Source: Amoeboaphelidium protococcarum X5 (Eukaryota; Fungi; Aphelidiomycota). From it: a DNA stretch of 62,476 nucleotides. The position numbers and the translations under genes are program-made. Where the stretch lies: the NCBI GenBank assembly GCA_023515725.1, contig JALDTO010000235.1, forward strand, positions 715,381 through 777,856, in the 5' to 3' direction. How positions within the stretch are numbered: the stretch's first letter is position 1; each line of letters starts with the position of its first letter. The notes beneath the pieces were generated by a model. It was not told the origin of the DNA. It was given only the letters and a program-made list of their open reading frames with translations, and did no database searches. Below are positions 56,730 to 62,476 of this stretch, piece by piece.

Positions 56730-57259
56730 TCATTAAAAGTTTTAAATAAACTTGATAGAGGATGGATGGTGAGGTATTGACTGAGAGCGACCACGCTGCT
56801 GATAATTTGGCGATTTAGTAGCCACAGGAGATTTCAAATTACAGAGTGGATTGTTTGAACGCTGGATCGGAGACGGCATCACGTAGTTGGAAGGCTAATC
56901 GCTGTGCTAATAAGATCCGACGCTGTGCACAGATAGAGTAGGTCTTTTGAGCTGAGACATTGATTGATTGCTAGAGCATTGTGGCAGCGGTGCTTGGATT
57001 GTATCAGCAGATTCATTGTTGGAGCGCGGCTCTGGGGTTTTACTCAATCCTGTCATTATTGACGCGCGTTCATCATTATCCATCACATCTTATTGTTGCA
57101 CTTTCAGAAATACAGGCTGTGCAGAATGCGGTCTAATTGGCGTTACAGTTATTATATGTTGCCTTTGAGGCAGCGGGTGCACAGGCGAAGTTTTACAAGA
57201 CTACACATAGAGTTATCAGATTGAAACGCACATTTAAATAGTTAACAGCTTACCATCAT
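56730..57259 (-). CDS. Possible Ser/Pro/Gln-rich low-complexity protein with one 5' intron
   Basis: ATGATG/GTAAGC...GTAG then an open code-6 frame of ~155 codons ending TAA-TGA; no family motif. Confidence 0.4.
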
Positions 57260-57607
57260 CTAATTCGTGATATTTCAATATTCAGTTTTAAAAAAAGGAC
57301 TTTTGGCTCAAAGTCTTCAGCTTACTTACTTTTAGAGAAGAGAAATGGTACAAGTGTGAACTGCAATCGGACACTTCCATGCCAAGTATCACACTGATTG
57401 GTTGATTGCAACTTCGCCGTTGCACAGACTCAATCTCGTGACAATGCGCCTTCTTAAAGGGAGCGCTCTGATTGGATCGGAAGTACCGTATGTATGGTAA
57501 ACTGCTATAGTGTCTAAAAAATCAATCCATAAAGATTCAGCAATAATGTACCATCTATTATTCAATCACTCTAATAGTTTCATCTTTAATTCTATCTAGA
57601 AGTCTCT

Positions 57608-60600
57608 TCATGGGGTACTATATACGCTCAGTGATCCCATATCAATAAAAAGTCGTCCAACATGAATAGCAGCTCCGGCCAGGATGATTTAATGAATAGT
57701 CACATATGACACCACCTTCATTCCGATCGAGGGAACAACAATGAGAAAATTAGGTAAAACCATCATCAGTCGTGCCAGACCCTTCAGCAAAATATCAACC
57801 GTGCTAATACCTTCAACCTTGGAATCTGTATCTCTAGCGAGGATAAAATCTTTAACCATCACGTTGATGATCATGTACACATTCGGCACAGCAGACAAGA
57901 GCAAACCAATAAAAGCACCCCAAGGAAATCCAGTAATCTATGGCCAAGTGGCCATCCATCCAGTTAGGAAACCGAGAAATTGCGTAAGCCAACCGATAAA
58001 TCTTACGTTGACACCAACCGTAGTCAGAGTGTCTGTGTACCAAGACCAGGGAAAGTTGCACATGAGAGAGAGGAATTGGAACGGCATCCGTATTAGAAAT
58101 AGCACAGAGTTCAAGTCAGTTACGAAACCAACCAATGCAGAGAGAAACTGCCCGACAGAATATGCGGATCCTAGTATGTAGGAAACAGATTTGCGGTACA
58201 TATTTCGAAGTCGAGTAGAATTCTGGTTCGGCACCTGCATGGCAAAGTCAACCAGATTGTCTACGTACTTCTCAGGTTAAGAGGTGGCCACTAGCACATT
58301 AACTTCCTGCTCTGTAAATATATTCTTGCCAGCATTAAACATTTTGAATCCAACAGTGACAGGTAAAGCGGCACACAGAGAAAATAGACCATACAGTGTC
58401 AACTAAGCTTTGCCACGGGTCACCACTTTCTCATAAAAGTCTGTGATGAATGGAATCCTAAGACGAACGCTCATGATCTTGTCAAATATGTTCAGCAGCA
58501 GATTGAAATACAACAAGATGACCTGCAACGCCTCTGCAACCAGAATCTATATTGAATATTAGAATAATCGACTAATTGTTCCAAATATAGCAGTAAAATT
58601 CCAACTTCGTTAGCCCAGCTCATTTCCAAGCGATTTGAACTCCTGCAAAATAGCAGACGCATTATTTTTCATTATATCAGACATGCTCTTGATAGTATCG
58701 GATGCGAGCTATTTAAATGATGCATGATCAGCAGGATTAATATCAGCTTACAATTGACCAATATTGTTAGACACGATATCACCAACATAGGTACCCTGAA
58801 TGTCAGCCGGACCACCACTACCTTGGAACTAAGTATTGAGAGCAGGATTGGACGTCAAGTTCTAATAAAGTTATCTATTAGACGTTGTGACCAGCGATCC
58901 GAAAGAATCAAACTGACCAGTAGTGAACAACGTGCTAGCTTGAGATGATAGATTACCCAGCGTCTCCACCATGCTCGATAGATCATTACTGAATCTTCCA
59001 TTGGCACCAGTGACATTAGTTCTGATGAATGTCGGCATCTTGGCGTAGTGAGAGAGCAAGATCTTGTGGTTCATCAAAACGTCATCCCAATTGAACAGTG
59101 CAACGATGAACTTGAATATGTCGCGTATGACGAGGCCAATTTTCTTTAATATTCCAACAAGCACAGGTACTAGAGTCTAAACTTACTTGACTAGAAGTTC
59201 AATTGTTCCCTTGGGCCCTTTGATAATCAGATTCAGTCCAAACTCTATAGGCGTAACAAAAATAACCTCACAGTCCTTGACAGCTTGAACCAAATCATCA
59301 ATACCCAGTCCTTTATTGATCATCTCGCCAAATGGTACCACCGCAATAACATCTCTCATCGCTTCTACAGAATTCACAGCAGCACTTTTCACACCAGCAT
59401 TGAAGCTATTTATGAATCCATTCTTGCCCTCCTTCCATGCAGTGGCATTAAAGAATGACTTTGGCAAAGTGACAAATACGTCTTTAAACACGTCGCCAAC
59501 GGATTGGGCAGCAGTTTTTATCTTGCCCCACAAGTTACTAAAGAAACTACGCTTATGAAGCCGAACTTTTCTACCTGCTTGAACTCTATCATATTCTGCA
59601 ATCTCCAATTGTCGCTTCCGTATAGATTTAAAGGTGTGCTTAATGAAGCGAACTCTTCCATCAGATCCATCTTTGTCACGATTGAATCGAATCTCAAAAG
59701 GCTCTTAAACATCATTGGATATCCGTCTTTAACTTTAAGCGCCACTATACACAGTTTGAGCATAAACAAAATTGCTATGAGGATGATAAGCAGCTTTACA
59801 ACTTTTCTGGCGCTTCAAATCTTCAAATAAAGATCGTCTAAGGAGCCGCGGATGACTTTCATCAGTCGACACTATATTACTTTACAGAATCGGGAGAATA
59901 AGGCTCTTCATAGTACTAGCCACGGCGTCAATATCTCCATTGGACGGCACTTCAGTGTTGTTGAACTTATCCTACATATACATTTAGAGCCGCACAGGAT
60001 CTATACTGGCAAGACTGTGTAAAGCCGCCGTATTGACAGGGAAGGCAACAGCTTCATAGTCAGGCATAAAATCAGCATGTACTTTAATCAAGGGCATGTG
60101 AAGCGCGTCTTCGTCAGATATCTCATCAGGGTGAACCACGGAAAATACCACTTTGCCCAACATATTGGATTGCATATAAAAATACTGATCCTGTTTTACT
60201 GTACGCAGCTAATTAACACCAAGAGTATCATTCCATTGAGAAGAGAAAATCTATAAATCGCCAGGACCATCGTGCCATAGAGTCAATACAATGTTAGGGA
60301 CAGACAAATCTCCAAGTAAATCATTCTAACCCGTCCTTGGCTCTACTACAAATCTATGCGCCGACACATTTCTAAAGCATGGATCATCTTTACAATCACC
60401 AACACTCCCTTCTTAATTGTAGTCTTGCATAAATTTACTCTGCACCTAAATCCAATAAGGAGATTTCGAAATCCAGCATCGTCCATTCACAGCAACATAA
60501 TCAGGCGGGCATCCATCAACGACATATTAGTGATAATCAGCTGCAAATCCACCAGCCTCAGAATTATTATGCATAAGAGATTACGATTAGTTATTCTACT

Positions 60601-60958
60601 ACTAAAAATTAACACTGAAGTCTTTCAGTATATCTGGAATCATTTCCTCTTCATCTATCTGTGCGGTGATATTAGCAGAGATCACATCCTTATCTGGCAT
60701 CGTAAACGTGGTATTATCATTGAATAACTCATATTTTAAAGAGTCTAAAACTTTACTGCTATTAGTGTTCATTGACACTGTTTCATTGACTCCAGTAGTT
60801 AAATTATTTCGCGTAACTGTATAAGTCATATTGGTCTATATCAAATCCTCAGCATCGGTGACATTCATCACACTCTAACAATTTACAACCATAATCGTCC
60901 ATGCAATGAACGTAAACAGCATCTATTGTACTATATATTACCGCTGCATTAACATCAT
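57608..60958 (-). CDS. Large (~1115 aa) putatively secreted protein with hydrophobic helical C-terminal third; function unknown
   Basis: Six track fragments share one code-6 frame; N-terminal hydrophobic signal (MLFTFIAWTIMVVNC), Cys-rich segment, KR-SFFSNLWGKIK, LFNWDDVL, IPFITDFY, several TM-like helices. Confidence 0.8.
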
Positions 60959-61206
60959 CAATTCTAATTTCCGTATTATACTATTGTATTATTATTATAA
61001 TCTACTAGAAGGTAAGAAAGGCGGCGCACAGACGATTACAAGATCTGTGATTACATCGGTGTAAGGCAGCATATATTATCGACTTGCCCCTGATCACGGT
61101 ATTTAATCTGATAAGACTCGCGTCCGTCACCTGTTTTTTTTTCTCCTTATCATCATATGACATTGTTTCAACTAACGCATCACGTAATACCGAGTTGTCG
61201 TATAAC

Positions 61207-62327
61207 ATGGAACAAAACACGTTTACATCGGTGATTTAATCCATTGAGAATTGTTTGCAATGTTGCATATGTTTGTCTTTACTCTCTGGGCCAGTTCGAA
61301 CTGGCTGTCTTCACGTGTTTTGCAAGTAGTGTTTAGACACTCATCTATAGGAAAGTTTGAATAGTCAACAAGGTACATCAGCTGCTTGTCCTCTCTGTTA
61401 CAAAAGATTGAATCTGGGGAGTATCTTGATTGATAAGAAGATTGAAAAGGTTGTGGTCAATTTTCTATAATGCAAGCAACTGCTATAGGACAAAATGTAA
61501 TTAGGACAGCTTATGAACGCGTCGTAATAGTCTCCCACCACGGAAGATCCTATTCCCAAGTTGAATGACAAAAGTGAACGGAGCGCGTCTCTGAAACAGA
61601 AAACAAGGGTGCCGCAAACTCTGAAACGAAGCAACACCACAGATTTAAGTTTGTTCTCTGTGAAACGCCCTCATAAGGTTACTTCTGTGTAAAGGCCTAG
61701 TACTTCATATACAAGGCAACAGAATGATACGTTGATATCGAAGAAGGCTCGGACTTGTTCAATGATGCCACTTGCGAATGACAGTGACTTATCATAGCTG
61801 AAGAAAACTAAAGAATAGCCTCGTGAAGTTGTCGTGTGTTTTAGTGGATTTGATCCGGATGTGGGGCTGCCCAAGTTTATCAACTCTGAAAAGTTTGCTT
61901 AGTATGGGATGGATTTGAAATTCACATACAACATTGAGTAGCCAACTACCCATTTGGTGGTGGAAGGAAACGTAGCAAGAGTTCCACCAGAGACCTTCAA
62001 AACTCTTCTAGCATCCATCAGACGCGTTGCCATCATTGAATTGAGATGGCTGATTGACAGTTACTATGCCTAGCGTTGGCTGCACGAAGATTAGTATTTG
62101 ATCAAAAGTCCTGTTAAGTACTAAAAGTTTTAATTAGACCGTGTGGAAACGTTCTTTAGTCGCTGCTGCTTAGTCCCATACGGTGCTCTGAACTCTTTGA
62201 CTTACGAGAATATCAAGCAGATATCCTAGTAGTTATCAACATAAACTGTCAATATCAAGAGTCTACAGTCCGTGAATGTTGTAGACAAAGTGGCGAATAT
62301 TTTAATAATTGTGGGACTAGAGACAGG
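61207..62327 (+). CDS. BRCA1/BARD1-like RING + BRCT protein, 3'-truncated by the telomere (no stop codon)
   Basis: C3HC4 RING CCICLSLLSGPVRTGCLHVFCKQC...CPLC; BRCT VVCFSGF...TTHLVV...TFKTLLA...WLIDS...WLHEDQY; the frame continues into the repeats. Confidence 0.8.
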
Positions 62328-62476
62328 CAGGGTTAGGGCAGGGTTAGGGTTAGGGCAGGGTTAGGGCAGGGTTAGGGCAGAGTTAGGCAGGGTTAGCAGG
62401 GTTAGGGCAGGGTTAGGGGCAGGGTTAGGGGCAGGGTTAGGGTTAGGGCAGGGTTAGGGCAGGGTTAGGGTTAGGG
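62326..62476 (+). repeat. Telomeric array of mixed TTAGGG and CAGGG units (dominant 11-mer TTAGGGCAGGG)
   Basis: G-rich strand runs 5'->3' to the end of the sequence: cagggttagggcagggttagggttagggcaggg... Confidence 0.95.

Overview
Gene-dense eukaryotic (fungal-like/opisthokont) chromosome end read with a non-standard nuclear code: TAA and TAG encode Gln and TGA is the only stop (translation table 6). This is why the supplied standard-code ORF track is fragmented. The code, fungal-type proteins and short GT-AG introns point to an aphelid such as Amoeboaphelidium (inference, not provable here). Re-read in code 6, the window holds: a 3.95-kb Mutator-like DNA transposon with ~106-bp TIRs whose ORF carries an N-terminal OTU-type protease domain; about 40 mostly housekeeping genes; a Crinkler-type NTPase-nuclease-SAM gene lying between the divergent mevalonate genes ERG20 and ERG13; a tandem pair of unknown membrane proteins; a POT1-like gene; and a large secreted toxin-like protein. 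It ends in a BRCA1-like RING-BRCT ORF that runs without a stop codon into an unusual telomere of alternating TTAGGG and CAGGG units. All coordinates and translations were derived by eye, and family calls rest on recognised motifs, not database searches.
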